From a virus (taxonomy: Duplodnaviria > Caudoviricetes), in IMG/VR virus record IMGVR_UViG_3300020227_000045, positions 10,496-74,495 of that record: 64,000 nucleotides of DNA. One strand, 5' to 3'. The stretch's first letter is position 1. Every line of letters begins with the position of its first letter. Shown in pieces: positions 9,999 through 19,464 of the stretch. The translations under genes were made by a program, and so were the position numbers. The notes beneath the pieces were generated by a model. That model worked only from the letters and a program-made list of their open reading frames with translations, had not been told where the DNA came from and made no database searches.

Positions 9999-11009
9999 TT
10001 AATTCACCTCTGTTAATTTCATCACAAATTTCCTATTAGCATTAAATATAGGTAATCCATATTTCTTAATTTTATCTTTTATTGTATTGGGTGAATGACC
10101 TTTACCATATATTTTATATACCTGGTCTAAACTTTTATTATTCTCAAGCATTTCATAAAACCATAGTTTATAATAGTAATCTGAAAAATAATCAATGTCA
10201 TGGTCATATATTGTTTTTACCAACTTTATATTATAACTTTTATCTTTTTTACTTTTTCTTAAAGGTAAATAGAATTTTTTAAATGCTTTTAAGAGGGAGC
10301 CTTTAGAAATATTTTGCTCTTTACTTATTACTAATGAAGATTTTCCTTTTTTAAAATATTCATTAAACCATAAAGATTCTACAAAATGCTTATCTTTAAG
10401 TTTTTTTGTTGTGTTATTTCTTTTTTTATTAATGTCAGAATAACCTCTAACTAAGTTTTTAGTTATATATTTATAAGTAATATTATTCCTAATGTCATTT
10501 AAGGTTTGTTTATTAAGTTTTTTATAAGAATATTTTTTTATAATTTCTTTATCAGGTAATGTAGATGTATAAATATCAGTTACTTCTTCTTTTGTATATA
10601 AAGTTCCACTTTCGCTAATATCTTCATATCTATAGTCACTATAACCAAAACCATGTCTTGCATTTTCAAAAGCATATACCCATTCTAAATTTGAAGGGTG
10701 GTTATTATATACATCCCCATCTATATGATTAACAACATCCCTATTATCTTTTCTAATTTTAAAAACATCTGCAACCATCCTATGAATCTTATAATACTTA
10801 TTTTTGTAATTATAAGAAACATTTATTATAAGGTAACCAGACATATCTTCTATTATCTTATGAAATTTATTAAACATTTTATTATATATTTTATCCCCTT
10901 TTATATTTATAAAATATTTTCCAGATTCTATATAAGTTGGATAAAATATTTCGTTTTCATACTCTACTATATTTATTGGTCTTTTTTCTTTTATTACTTT
11001 ATTAACCAT
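9999..11009 (-). CDS. free-standing HNH homing endonuclease
   Basis: KIHRMVADVF...VVNHIDGDVYNNHPSNLEWV; lies directly downstream of phoH. Confidence 0.85.
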   Translation of the reverse strand: MVNKVIKEKRPINIVEYENEIFYPTYIESGKYFINIKGDKIYNKMFNKFHKIIEDMSGYLIINVSYNYKNKYYKIHRMVADVFKIRKDNRDVVNHIDGDVYNNHPSNLEWVYAFENARHGFGYSDYRYEDISESGTLYTKEEVTDIYTSTLPDKEIIKKYSYKKLNKQTLNDIRNNITYKYITKNLVRGYSDINKKRNNTTKKLKDKHFVESLWFNEYFKKGKSSLVISKEQNISKGSLLKAFKKFYLPLRKSKKDKSYNIKLVKTIYDHDIDYFSDYYYKLWFYEMLENNKSLDQVYKIYGKGHSPNTIKDKIKKYGLPIFNANRKFVMKLTEVN

Positions 11010-11065
11010 AAAATTCCTCCTTTATATAAATAATATCATAAAGGAGGTAATATGTCAAACATTTT

Positions 11066-11803
11066 TTACCAGCTAAGAGAATCACTTACAGTAGCTATAC
11101 GACCTCTAAAGTTAACAGTAAATTCATGGTGTACTGCAAAATCTTGTTTTTTAAACAATTCTATATAAGGCTCAAAACCACTTTTTTCTCTTCTAATATC
11201 TGATTGTTCTGGTTGTCCTTCAATAACAACTTTACAATTATCATGAATTCTAGTTAAAGTTTTTTTAAGTTCTCCTCTTGTAAAGTTCTGTGCTTCTGAA
11301 ATTATAACAGTTTTATTCATAATATTTTTACCTCTTAAGAAAGTATGAACTGCTTGTGTAACAAAAGCTTCACTTAATTTTTGTTTATCTACATTAGGGT
11401 CTAGCTCTATCAATGTTTTAACTGAATTTGTTGGACTAATCTCTAATTCTAATAAAGCATCATGTAAAGGTGAGAAATAATCTAATGCTTTTTCATCAGC
11501 ATTACCACCTCTGTACCCTAATGAACGTTCTTCAACAGGACTCATAATAAAAATTATTTCTTTACCTTTATTTAAATATTCTGCATAAGCACAAACAATA
11601 CTTGTATATGTCTTTGCACTACCACTTCTAGATGAATTTGTCAATAGTAAAATACCATCATTAAAAAAGTCCTCTGCAAATTGTAATTGCTCATCTGTAG
11701 CTTTTAATAAAAACTCATTAAAAACTGTATGTTTCATGAGATTGTATCTCACATTTGGGTAATTATTTAATTTGTACTCTAAGTCTTTGAATTTTCCTGC
11801 CAT
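11066..11803 (-). CDS. phoH: PhoH-family ATPase
   Basis: Walker-A-like SRSGSAKT, LGYRGG, TFLRGKN, IISEAQNFTRGELKKTLTRIHDNCKVVIEGQPEQSD. Confidence 0.9.
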   Translation of the reverse strand: MAGKFKDLEYKLNNYPNVRYNLMKHTVFNEFLLKATDEQLQFAEDFFNDGILLLTNSSRSGSAKTYTSIVCAYAEYLNKGKEIIFIMSPVEERSLGYRGGNADEKALDYFSPLHDALLELEISPTNSVKTLIELDPNVDKQKLSEAFVTQAVHTFLRGKNIMNKTVIISEAQNFTRGELKKTLTRIHDNCKVVIEGQPEQSDIRREKSGFEPYIELFKKQDFAVHHEFTVNFRGRIATVSDSLSW

Positions 11804-11976
11804 ATTTACAAGTATCCCCTTACTTTATATTTTGTTCTACAAATGATAATAAATCTTCTAAAGAATCAATAAGTTCTTGGGTCTTTTCATCTTCACTATC
11901 TATTTGTAGGTCGTGTATTTCACCTTTAATATAATCTAAAGCTATATCTAAATTCTCATATTTCAAATTACCACTC

Positions 11977-12387
11977 CTAGTTGATTGAAATTGTTGCTAG
12001 GTCATCTGCCCTTTCGTTATAGAAATCACCGCTGTGTCCACGAACTTTATTAAAGTTTATATCGATATGTTGTTCTAAATGTCTCATTGTACTTATATAA
12101 GCTTGACTTAATTCATTCTTAGCTCTCCAAGCACCACTACGCCATTTAATTAATCCGATATAATCTACATAAACTTCTACAGACTCATAACCTAGTTCTA
12201 CACATTTTTCAATACCATAAAGGCAAGCAAATATTTCACCTGCAACATTATTATACTTAACGAATTGTGGGTATTTCCCTTTAATACTTGCACTGTATAC
12301 TTCTGCATCATTTTCTACAATTACATATCCAGAACCATAGAGACCTCTTTTATATGAACTTGCTCCATCTGTATATAGTTTAGGCAT
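11977..12387 (-). CDS. rnhA: ribonuclease HI
   Basis: LYTDGAS, NNVAGE, VYVDYIG, KVRGHSGDFYNERADDLA; start moved to the ATG at 12387. Confidence 0.92.
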   Translation of the reverse strand: MPKLYTDGASSYKRGLYGSGYVIVENDAEVYSASIKGKYPQFVKYNNVAGEIFACLYGIEKCVELGYESVEVYVDYIGLIKWRSGAWRAKNELSQAYISTMRHLEQHIDINFNKVRGHSGDFYNERADDLATISIN

Positions 12388-12574
12388 ATAAGAAGTCCTC
12401 TCTATTAATAATATAAGGAAAATCACTATCATTATTTTGGTAATTTAAAAAATAAACTTTTATATCATTATAATCAAAGAAAGCAAAACAATGTTTCTTA
12501 ATTTCATCTTCATTCTTAGCAACTGCAAACATTTCTCTACCATCAACAATAACTCTATATAAACATTTTAACAT
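12380..12574 (-). CDS. conserved hypothetical phage protein
   Basis: 64-aa ORF in the position usually upstream of rnh in Twort-like phages. Confidence 0.65.
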   Translation of the reverse strand: MLKCLYRVIVDGREMFAVAKNEDEIKKHCFAFFDYNDIKVYFLNYQNNDSDFPYIINREDFLYA

Positions 12575-12586
12575 ATTGTAATCCTC

Positions 12587-13192
12587 CTAGAAATTAATAA
12601 GTTTTAAAATCTCTAACATTTCTTCATCGTTAGGTTCTTCTTCTTTGTTGAAATTAATGTCTAAGTAATAACCATTCTCAACATTATCATCAATCACTTT
12701 TAAGTTATCTAACATCTTACTTAAGTTATTTTTATTTTCTCTTAAATACTTAACAACTTCAGTACTGTATGCAGAACTCTCTTCACTTAAGTCACTACCT
12801 AAGACTATATATTCAATAATAGAACTCATAACGACAGTCTCACCTGTGTTTTTAAGGTTATATCGAATGTCTTCAATCGCTTGCCCAATACTATCACTCA
12901 ATACTGAAGAATAGAAGTCTGTCTTCTCGTCTATAGGTGAGTGTTTACGGTATACTGTACCTTCTTCATACTCTACAAAATTACTTTTATTAGCATTTAG
13001 TAATTTATCTAACGAACCATAAACATGTAGTCTTTCTTCAATTGTTAAATGGTCTTCAATTGTTTCATAAAGCTTCATAAAGTTTTCTGTACCTAAAACT
13101 CTTTCAACTTCATTAAGCTCCATGAGTTCATAAGTATCTACTTTATCTCTAGCTTCATTTAAATATCCTTCTAATATTTCTGAGTTAGTCAT
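12587..13192 (-). CDS. conserved hypothetical phage protein
   Basis: 201-aa acidic ORF with AAGGAGG SD. Confidence 0.75.
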   Translation of the reverse strand: MTNSEILEGYLNEARDKVDTYELMELNEVERVLGTENFMKLYETIEDHLTIEERLHVYGSLDKLLNANKSNFVEYEEGTVYRKHSPIDEKTDFYSSVLSDSIGQAIEDIRYNLKNTGETVVMSSIIEYIVLGSDLSEESSAYSTEVVKYLRENKNNLSKMLDNLKVIDDNVENGYYLDINFNKEEEPNDEEMLEILKLINF

Positions 13193-13391
13193 CCTTTATA
13201 TCCTCCTTTAGTAATTCTTGTAAAGGCATACCTAGAAGCTTTTCTAATTTAGTTGCATTTGCATTTCTAGGTTTACGTTTACCGTTCTCCCATAAAGAAA
13301 TAGAAGAATAATTCACACCTATTTCATCTGCTAAAGAACGAACAGAATAACCTTTTTTCTCTCTTACCCTTTTCATTACTTTCCTAGCCAT
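13185..13391 (-). CDS. XRE-family HTH transcriptional regulator
   Basis: REKKGYSVRSLADEIGVNYSSISLWENGKRKP. Confidence 0.9.
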   Translation of the reverse strand: MARKVMKRVREKKGYSVRSLADEIGVNYSSISLWENGKRKPRNANATKLEKLLGMPLQELLKEDIKDD

Positions 13392-13407
13392 AATATCCTT
13401 TTCCTTT

Positions 13408-13611
13408 CTAGTCTTCCTCTACACCTAAAAATTTATAATCATTTTTGTTAGTAGAGAACCTGTTTATATATTCTTTAGCTTCTTTAGTTGCTTTTGCAGG
13501 TGTTGTAGCATCTATTCTTAGATAGAGTTTTTGTGTGTTTCTATACAAAAAACAAATTTGATATGTTTTAATTTTATAATTAAAAACATTATCTTTTAAC
13601 CATTTTATCAT
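13408..13611 (-). CDS. hypothetical phage protein
   Basis: 67-aa ORF. Confidence 0.65.
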   Translation of the reverse strand: MIKWLKDNVFNYKIKTYQICFLYRNTQKLYLRIDATTPAKATKEAKEYINRFSTNKNDYKFLGVEED

Positions 13612-13612
13612 A

Positions 13613-13861
13613 TTACCATCCTCTTCTATATTTTGTCAATACATTTTTTAAATAATCATTAGATTTTGTCATATCTGAAATCAGTTGTTGTTTTTGAATT
13701 GTAGATAACTTAATACTATTTTTAACCAATACATCGAATTCATGTAAATTTTCTTCTACATTTTTAAGTAAATGTGGATTAGACTTTACAATCTTATTTT
13801 CTCTAGCTGTTTTATAATTATTATTCAAATCTTCGTATAAACCTTCTACATCGTAATTCAT
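13613..13861 (-). CDS. hypothetical phage protein
   Basis: 82-aa ORF with AAGGAG SD. Confidence 0.65.
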   Translation of the reverse strand: MNYDVEGLYEDLNNNYKTARENKIVKSNPHLLKNVEENLHEFDVLVKNSIKLSTIQKQQLISDMTKSNDYLKNVLTKYRRGW

Positions 13862-13890
13862 TTTAATCTCTCCTTTTATTTTATATACTT

Positions 13891-13919
13891 AGTATATCAT
13901 AAAGGTTTTTTATTGTCAA
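13891..13919 (-). promoter_or_regulatory. sigma-A-type early promoter
   Basis: TTGACA-17 bp-TATACT. Confidence 0.75.
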
Positions 13920-13932
13920 CAAGTATTTAAAT

Positions 13933-13960
13933 AATTAACCCCTATTTTAAGGGGCTAATT
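13933..13960 (-). terminator. hairpin terminator after the portal gene
   Basis: AATTAGCCCCTT-AAAAT-AGGGGTTAATT inverted repeat right after the portal stop. Confidence 0.6.
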
Positions 13961-15604
13961 TTATTCTTCATCCATTGTTTGTTTTTGGTATCCTGCTTTA
14001 TCATCTTTAGGTTGTCCATCTTTACCCATTTCATCAGCTTTACCATTAACATCTTCATCAGTACCATCAAGAGGTTGTTTACTTGGGTCTAGTTTATTTG
14101 GTGCATCATTACCTAGTAATCCTTCTTTTTCCGCTTCAAAACGTTCTCTGTTCATATCTTGTCCGATACCTTGGATATATTCAGCTTTAAGAATAATGTC
14201 TCCACCTTCTATAGGCTCATGACCTCTTTCTTTACGTGCTTCATTAACCGTTTTGAATGTAGATACTTCTTTAGTTAATATATCTAGTTTTTCTTCTTCA
14301 GACTTCGTATCTCCACCAACAAATTGGAAAAGATATTGTTCTCCAAATTCTTCAACTAAATGTTTATTAATTAAATCTTCTATAAATCTAAGTAAAGGTT
14401 GTAAACCTTTATTTTGAGATTGTTGGAGTTTTTTCTGAGGGTCTGATTCATTTAAGGTGTTTCCTCCCTTAGAACCTGTAGCTCCTCCTTTGTTAGGGAA
14501 GCCAATTTCAGCAGGGTCAATACCATATAAACTAGCTATAATATTGATAAGGAAATTTAACCATTTCTCAAATTGCATATCATTTGCAGTTGGTGTCATA
14601 TTAACAAAGTTAATATCTTCAGCACTTACTACAGGGATTTGCCAACTTCCATTTATACCACTTAAACTATTTTTCCATTCACGCTTAAAGTTTTGAAGTG
14701 CCCTTTGGGATTGTTGTTGTCCTGTTTTAATCTGTAAGACACCTCTTGTAGTTCCTCCATGCGAGAAGAATCTATCATTAAAAGATTCAGTATTTATAAA
14801 GGCAATTAATTCTCTCATAGCTATTTCTACTTCAGACAATCCATAACCACTTGAACCTATATCTGTTCTTGGGTTTCTAATGCCCATTGCCATTTCTCTA
14901 GAAGTAAAAGCAGCACGAACTTGCTTATCTATAACTTGAACGTAACGTTGTCCACCTTTAATAATCTCACCTTTAGCATTTGTACCATAGAATATTGTAC
15001 TAGGGTCAACTGCTATAAATTTCTCTAGTTTATTTGTCTTCTTATTAAATATTTTCTCAAAGTTAACTTGGTCAAATATATAAGTATCTCTAACAATTTT
15101 TCTACAGAAGTTTTGGAATGAATCTCTATCAATATCTCTATCTTTACCTGTATTAAGTAAAAATTCTTCTATACGTTTAATTTCTTCTTTTTGTTGTCTT
15201 CCTGGTTCTTTATTAAAATCTCTCATTCTTACTTGGAATCCTAAACCTTTTTCTGAGTATCTAGCAGGTTGACAATACATAGATACTTGGTTTTGTCTCG
15301 TAAGTATTACTGAGTTTAAGATTGGGTTACTCCCAAACTTTTTAAGTACATCATGCAAGTTATGTTCACCTTTAGTATAACTACTCTTATCCCTATATTC
15401 GGGGTTTGTATCAAAAGCAGTTAAAAAAGGCTCTGCATAAGCTTTTTGATTTCCATTTAAAGACTTATTAATATTATTGTCTTTAGCATTTTTCTCTATC
15501 TCTCTTATGTTTAAAGCTAGGTTTTCTTCAGGTAATTCTATATCGTAATTCTCAGTACCGTCTTTTAATCCACCTAACCTCAAAGACTTCCAAAAGTCTG
15601 CCAA
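13961..15604 (-). CDS. portal protein
   Basis: 547 aa; YGLSEVEIA, FFSHGGTTRGVL, GSWQIPV, DMQFEKWLNFLINII..LYGIDPAEIGF, NKGLQPLLRFIEDLIN, TVNEARK. Confidence 0.93.
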   Translation of the reverse strand: MADFWKSLRLGGLKDGTENYDIELPEENLALNIREIEKNAKDNNINKSLNGNQKAYAEPFLTAFDTNPEYRDKSSYTKGEHNLHDVLKKFGSNPILNSVILTRQNQVSMYCQPARYSEKGLGFQVRMRDFNKEPGRQQKEEIKRIEEFLLNTGKDRDIDRDSFQNFCRKIVRDTYIFDQVNFEKIFNKKTNKLEKFIAVDPSTIFYGTNAKGEIIKGGQRYVQVIDKQVRAAFTSREMAMGIRNPRTDIGSSGYGLSEVEIAMRELIAFINTESFNDRFFSHGGTTRGVLQIKTGQQQSQRALQNFKREWKNSLSGINGSWQIPVVSAEDINFVNMTPTANDMQFEKWLNFLINIIASLYGIDPAEIGFPNKGGATGSKGGNTLNESDPQKKLQQSQNKGLQPLLRFIEDLINKHLVEEFGEQYLFQFVGGDTKSEEEKLDILTKEVSTFKTVNEARKERGHEPIEGGDIILKAEYIQGIGQDMNRERFEAEKEGLLGNDAPNKLDPSKQPLDGTDEDVNGKADEMGKDGQPKDDKAGYQKQTMDEE

Positions 15605-15970
15605 TTATTCTTCACTCCTAACAATCGTTATTGAAGTAGAATTATTAAATGTTCTATTCTTAATATCTTCACTAACATTTACCTTAACTTCAAATGGTTC
15701 TTCGATATAATAAAACATCTTTCGACTACTATAAACAATATCATAATCCTCAAGTTTAATATGATTATCTTTATCTACAAGAATAACTTTATCGTCTGTT
15801 GTAGCCTCTAATATCATATATTTAACTTTATCTATAGCAATAAATACCGTAACGTGTTTACCACCAATTTGTCTATAGTAATCGACAACTTCTATCCAAT
15901 TATTTTTCATTCCTTGTTCTTCAATAAATTTTTTAGCTTCTACCCACTTCTTATCTTGTCCATATGTCAA
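15605..15970 (-). CDS. conserved hypothetical protein upstream of portal
   Basis: 121-aa ORF in the conserved Twort-like position. Confidence 0.75.
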   Translation of the reverse strand: MTYGQDKKWVEAKKFIEEQGMKNNWIEVVDYYRQIGGKHVTVFIAIDKVKYMILEATTDDKVILVDKDNHIKLEDYDIVYSSRKMFYYIEEPFEVKVNVSEDIKNRTFNNSTSITIVRSEE

Positions 15971-15990
15971 TTTGTAATCACCATTATCTT

Positions 15991-16356
15991 TTAATCTTTT
16001 TTATACCATATACTTTCATAGTTTTTTCGTTTTACATAGTTAGTAATTTCTACAATAACATATCCTACTACTACACCTATAGTTGACACAGACATAACAA
16101 TCCAAATATCAATGAAATAACTATAACGTGTTGTATTTGCTACTGTATCGAGAATATCATATCTAATTAATGATGCAGTTTCCCTAAACATTATTGTTAA
16201 GTATACTGTTGATACTACTATTATAACATAAAATATTGAGTTGAACAATATTGTTTGTTTAGGTCTAAGTTGAACAATAATTATACCTAAGATAAGTAAA
16301 GAAGAAATAAAAGCTAAAATTGATGTTACTAAAATACCTGTATCCATTTTATACAC
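15991..16356 (-). CDS. membrane protein
   Basis: three hydrophobic segments. Confidence 0.75.
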   Translation of the reverse strand: MYKMDTGILVTSILAFISSLLILGIIIVQLRPKQTILFNSIFYVIIVVSTVYLTIMFRETASLIRYDILDTVANTTRYSYFIDIWIVMSVSTIGVVVGYVIVEITNYVKRKNYESIWYKKD

Positions 16357-16416
16357 CTACTTTTTTAATCTCTATAGTCTAATATATCAACGTTTACAAA
16401 TTAAAGAAGAAGAGGT

Positions 16417-17667
16417 TTATTCCTCTTCTTCTATAGGTTTTTCTTGAGATTGTTCTGTTGATTCTTCTTGAGGTTCTTCTTGAGGTTCTTCTTTAGGTTT
16501 TTCTGTAGTTTCTTCTTGAGGTTCTTCTTGAACTTCTTCTTGAGGTTCTTCTTGAACTTCTTCTGTAGGTTTTTCTGTAGTTTCTTCTTGAACTTCTTCT
16601 GTAGGTTCCTCATCAGTTGTTTTATCTTCATTAGGGATTGCAGGTTCTAAAGGTACCATAGGAATAACTTCATTAGGGATTGCAGGTTCTAAAGGTACCA
16701 TAGGTTGTTCTTGTACTTTATTAGAAGATTCTAAAGTTACATCAGGTTTTCTATATGGTACATTATTGTCATCTTCAATAGGTTGTTGAGGTTCTATAGG
16801 AACAAAAGACTCTGGAACTGTTTGGTTATCCGTAGTACCTTGAGGTACTGTAGGTTCTTCTATAGGGTCTTGAGGTTCTATTGGTGTGTTAGGAGTAATT
16901 GGTTGTTCTACAGGTTTTTCAGATAAATTAGGTTGTTGTACTTGAGAAACTTCAGGTGTTATAGGTTGTTGTTGTTCTTCAGGTTGTGCTTGAGGAACTT
17001 GTGGTTGTTCTACAGATTTAACAGGAGGTACTTCTCCTTGAGTATTAACCTGAGGTGGAACAATTGGTTCATTTTGTACTTGATTTCCTACAGGGTTACT
17101 TTGCGTTGGTTCTGTAGGAGTTGTAGACGTATTATTAACACTTTCTACAATATCCTGTTCAGAACTATTTAAATCTTTACTATCTCCTTGTATCCCTTCT
17201 ATAACTTTTTCCTTATCTATCTTATCTAACATACCTTTAGGAACTTCTACTTTCCCTATTCCGTCATCCCCTTGCACAATTCTAGGTTTATCAATCTTAC
17301 TATTTTCTTTAATATCTTTACTAATTAGAACTAAGTTATCATACTTAGAAGAACCTTCATTATACTTATCTAATTGCTTATCTTGTTCTTTTTTACTTAG
17401 TTTGTTAAAACCTTTATAGTTTGTTTCCTTCTTAACCTTTTTAATTTCTTCTTTTGCTTGACTTAGTTTCTTAGCATAGTTCTCAGAAGTTTTATCATCT
17501 TTTTTATCATCTTTTTTGTAAATTTCTATCGTTCTTTCTTTTTCTTGTATCTCTTCTTGATACTCTTTAACTTGATGATAGAAGATAATGAAACCAATCA
17601 TAATTAAGATGATAAAGAATATAAATATATTTAAGATTAAGCTTTTACCGCTATCTTTCTTTTTCAT
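16417..17667 (-). CDS. membrane-anchored protein with Pro/Gln/Glu-rich repetitive C-terminus
   Basis: N-terminal TM (LILNIFIFFIILIMIGFIIFY), then low-complexity EEPQ/EEVQ repeats. Confidence 0.8.
   Translation of the reverse strand: MKKKDSGKSLILNIFIFFIILIMIGFIIFYHQVKEYQEEIQEKERTIEIYKKDDKKDDKTSENYAKKLSQAKEEIKKVKKETNYKGFNKLSKKEQDKQLDKYNEGSSKYDNLVLISKDIKENSKIDKPRIVQGDDGIGKVEVPKGMLDKIDKEKVIEGIQGDSKDLNSSEQDIVESVNNTSTTPTEPTQSNPVGNQVQNEPIVPPQVNTQGEVPPVKSVEQPQVPQAQPEEQQQPITPEVSQVQQPNLSEKPVEQPITPNTPIEPQDPIEEPTVPQGTTDNQTVPESFVPIEPQQPIEDDNNVPYRKPDVTLESSNKVQEQPMVPLEPAIPNEVIPMVPLEPAIPNEDKTTDEEPTEEVQEETTEKPTEEVQEEPQEEVQEEPQEETTEKPKEEPQEEPQEESTEQSQEKPIEEEE
16440..16704. repeat. intragenic tandem repeats (12-bp units and a 42-bp duplication)
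   Basis: TTCTTCTTGAGG/TTCTTCTTGAAC units at about 16440-16610; TTCATTAGGGATTGCAGGTTCTAAAGGTACCATAGG at 16627 and 16669. Confidence 0.85.
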
Positions 17668-17682
17668 TGGGAAATCCTTTCT

Positions 17683-18033
17683 TTATTTAGTATTCCCCAT
17701 AATATCTTTAAACTCCTTAAAATCAAAACTTTTACTCACTTTAAATATAACATTTATAATCGTTATATTCCCTTTTGAAGTTTTTTCTGTTGTATTCTCT
17801 AGAGTTACACTTATACCTGTTTCTTCTTTTCTATTAATTGAACCTGCTAATTTAATAAAACTTTTAGCTTCTTCTCTTGAATTTTCATCTTCCACAATAT
17901 CTACAAGAGGGTCTGAGTCATCAATTAACATATTAGGGATAGGGATAGCGATTTCGTTAAATTCATAGTGTGTATCTTCAAAGTTAATCTTCTCAAGTTT
18001 CTTTTTCAATGAATCATAAAAACGATTATCCAT
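17683..18033 (-). CDS. hypothetical phage protein
   Basis: 116-aa ORF. Confidence 0.65.
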   Translation of the reverse strand: MDNRFYDSLKKKLEKINFEDTHYEFNEIAIPIPNMLIDDSDPLVDIVEDENSREEAKSFIKLAGSINRKEETGISVTLENTTEKTSKGNITIINVIFKVSKSFDFKEFKDIMGNTK

Positions 18034-18523
18034 TTTCTCTCTCCTCTAATTTTTGTTTGATTTTTTCTTCTGCCTCTTTTTCTTTTTGTTCTTTTTCATC
18101 AAATAATGTTTTATCCATAAATGAAATTGTAAAGTTATATTCATTGCCAGATAAAATATTACCTACCGCTGTATCTGTAATTTTAATATTTGAACCTAAA
18201 GGTAATACATTCCCTTTTTCAACTTCTTCTCGGAACTTAACGTTAATCTCATAAATATTTAAGTTATTATCAAAAGCTAACTTAAACATTTTATTGTGTT
18301 CTTTTGTAGTTAGAGGGTCATTTTGATGACTTTGGAAAAGTAATTGATGACTATAGTATTTTTGCTCTTCTGATTGAGGTGCTTGCCATAATACTTTATA
18401 TTCAGAATAAAGATTATACGCTATCTTAGATAAGTTTGTAACAAACTCTTCTACAGCCTTTTCCTTGTTATCCGAACCCTTAATTAATTCTTCTAATGTG
18501 TTATCATTTAAAACTTTCTCCAT
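18026..18523 (-). CDS. conserved hypothetical protein of the terminase-portal region
   Basis: AAGGAG SD precedes the ATG at 18523 (MEKVLNDN...). Confidence 0.7.
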   Translation of the reverse strand: MEKVLNDNTLEELIKGSDNKEKAVEEFVTNLSKIAYNLYSEYKVLWQAPQSEEQKYYSHQLLFQSHQNDPLTTKEHNKMFKLAFDNNLNIYEINVKFREEVEKGNVLPLGSNIKITDTAVGNILSGNEYNFTISFMDKTLFDEKEQKEKEAEEKIKQKLEERENG

Positions 18524-18567
18524 AATAATAAATCTCCTTAAAATGTGTTTAATTGTGCATAGTTCTT

Positions 18568-19070
18568 TTATAACCAATAAATATTTGTAAACTTCCATAA
18601 TAATTTAACTTTATTAACGTTTATTGCCTTACAGTGTTTTGTGGGTGATTTAAAATTAATAGCATTTCTTTTAGGTCTAAGACCTGTAACATACCCTCTG
18701 TGTGTTTCTCTATTACGATATGTGTATTCCACTATATCTCTATGTTTAATACCGTTAACATTATCATAAATAGCTTTACTTTTTCTTCTTATTGGTTTGA
18801 CTATATATTCTTCTATATTTAAATCCTTACTAGGAATTAAATTTGTTACAACTACTGCATCGTTAGAATGTGATTTATCTACATCCCAATCTATACGTTT
18901 ATTTGCTGTATCTCCACCTGTTGTCAATCTTAAATATGCTATTTTAGATAACTCTTGTTGTAAATAACTCTTACCTATCATAACATGAGAAGCATGGTTT
19001 AAAAAATTAAAGTTTTTCTTACCTATAATAGAGTATAAAGTATCAATATATTGTTCTTCTACACAGGTTA
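18568..19070 (-). pseudogene. iscB: truncated IscB (C-terminal RuvC-III part only)
   Basis: HVMIGKSYLQQELS...LTTGGDTANKRIDWDVDKSHSNDA matches the IscB C-terminal region; no PLMP, RuvC-I or HNH upstream; frameshifted VEEQYIDTLY remnant before it. Confidence 0.75.
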
Positions 19071-19245
19071 TCTTACCTTATCCTAAGACTTAGGTAAGTT
19101 TCTTTGTTCACACTCTTAGAGCTTCCGACTAAAGCTTGCATCTGAAGGTAAGTCTTTACCATTTTCCTCTAACGTAGTTCATATCTAGGATACGTTGTTT
19201 CCAACTCCCTAGTCACTAAGGCTTGAAACCAACTGGATAAGTATA
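19070..19245 (-). ncRNA. IscB omega-RNA (HEARO-like) scaffold
   Basis: minus strand GGTTTCAAGCCTTAGTGACT...CTACGTTAG...TACCTTCAGATGC...AGTCGGAAGCTCT, an element order typical of IscB omega-RNAs, directly 5' of the IscB remnant; limits approximate. Confidence 0.6.
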
Positions 19246-19269
19246 AATGTCTACTTATTTAGTAAGTCC

Positions 19270-19407
19270 TTATTTTAGTTTTCTTTGTATATCTTTTAGT
19301 TTATATTCTATTTTCCCTTTTCTTTTAAGTTGTAATAGGTTTTTAAATAATGTAACTAAAAAGATTAGTACAAAACCTATTATACACCCAAATAATATCA
19401 ATGTCAA
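19270..19407 (-). CDS. small membrane peptide (45 aa)
   Basis: TTG start after AGGTGG; LTLILFGCIIGFVLIFLVTLFK then a basic tail; not in the ORF track. Confidence 0.45.
   Translation of the reverse strand: MTLILFGCIIGFVLIFLVTLFKNLLQLKRKGKIEYKLKDIQRKLK
19379..19407 (-). promoter_or_regulatory. consensus sigma-A promoter upstream of the IscB omega-RNA
   Basis: TTGACA-17 bp-TATAAT (perfect consensus). Confidence 0.6.
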
Positions 19408-19464
19408 CCGCCACCTAAATTTTTCCTTTATAAAAACCGTAAGCTTTAAACTTACGGTTTAGTT

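Noticed and set aside
16440-16704. CRISPR-like array
   Set aside because: Repeats are contiguous, in-frame coding repeats without unique spacers, and no cas genes are present. The same applies to 37844-38074.
6327-17968. Plus-strand ORFs such as 6327..6539, 8006..8672, 10082..11033, 14457..14696, 16468..17172 and 17588..17968
   Set aside because: Antisense shadows of well-supported minus-strand genes, with no SD and biased F/L/S composition.
19245-19300. IscB guide targeting terL intron insertion sites (RNA-guided collaborative homing)
   Set aside because: The 5' flank that would form the guide (AAAATAAGGACTTACTAAATAA) shows no match I can see to any terL exon junction, and the protein lacks its N-terminal nuclease parts.
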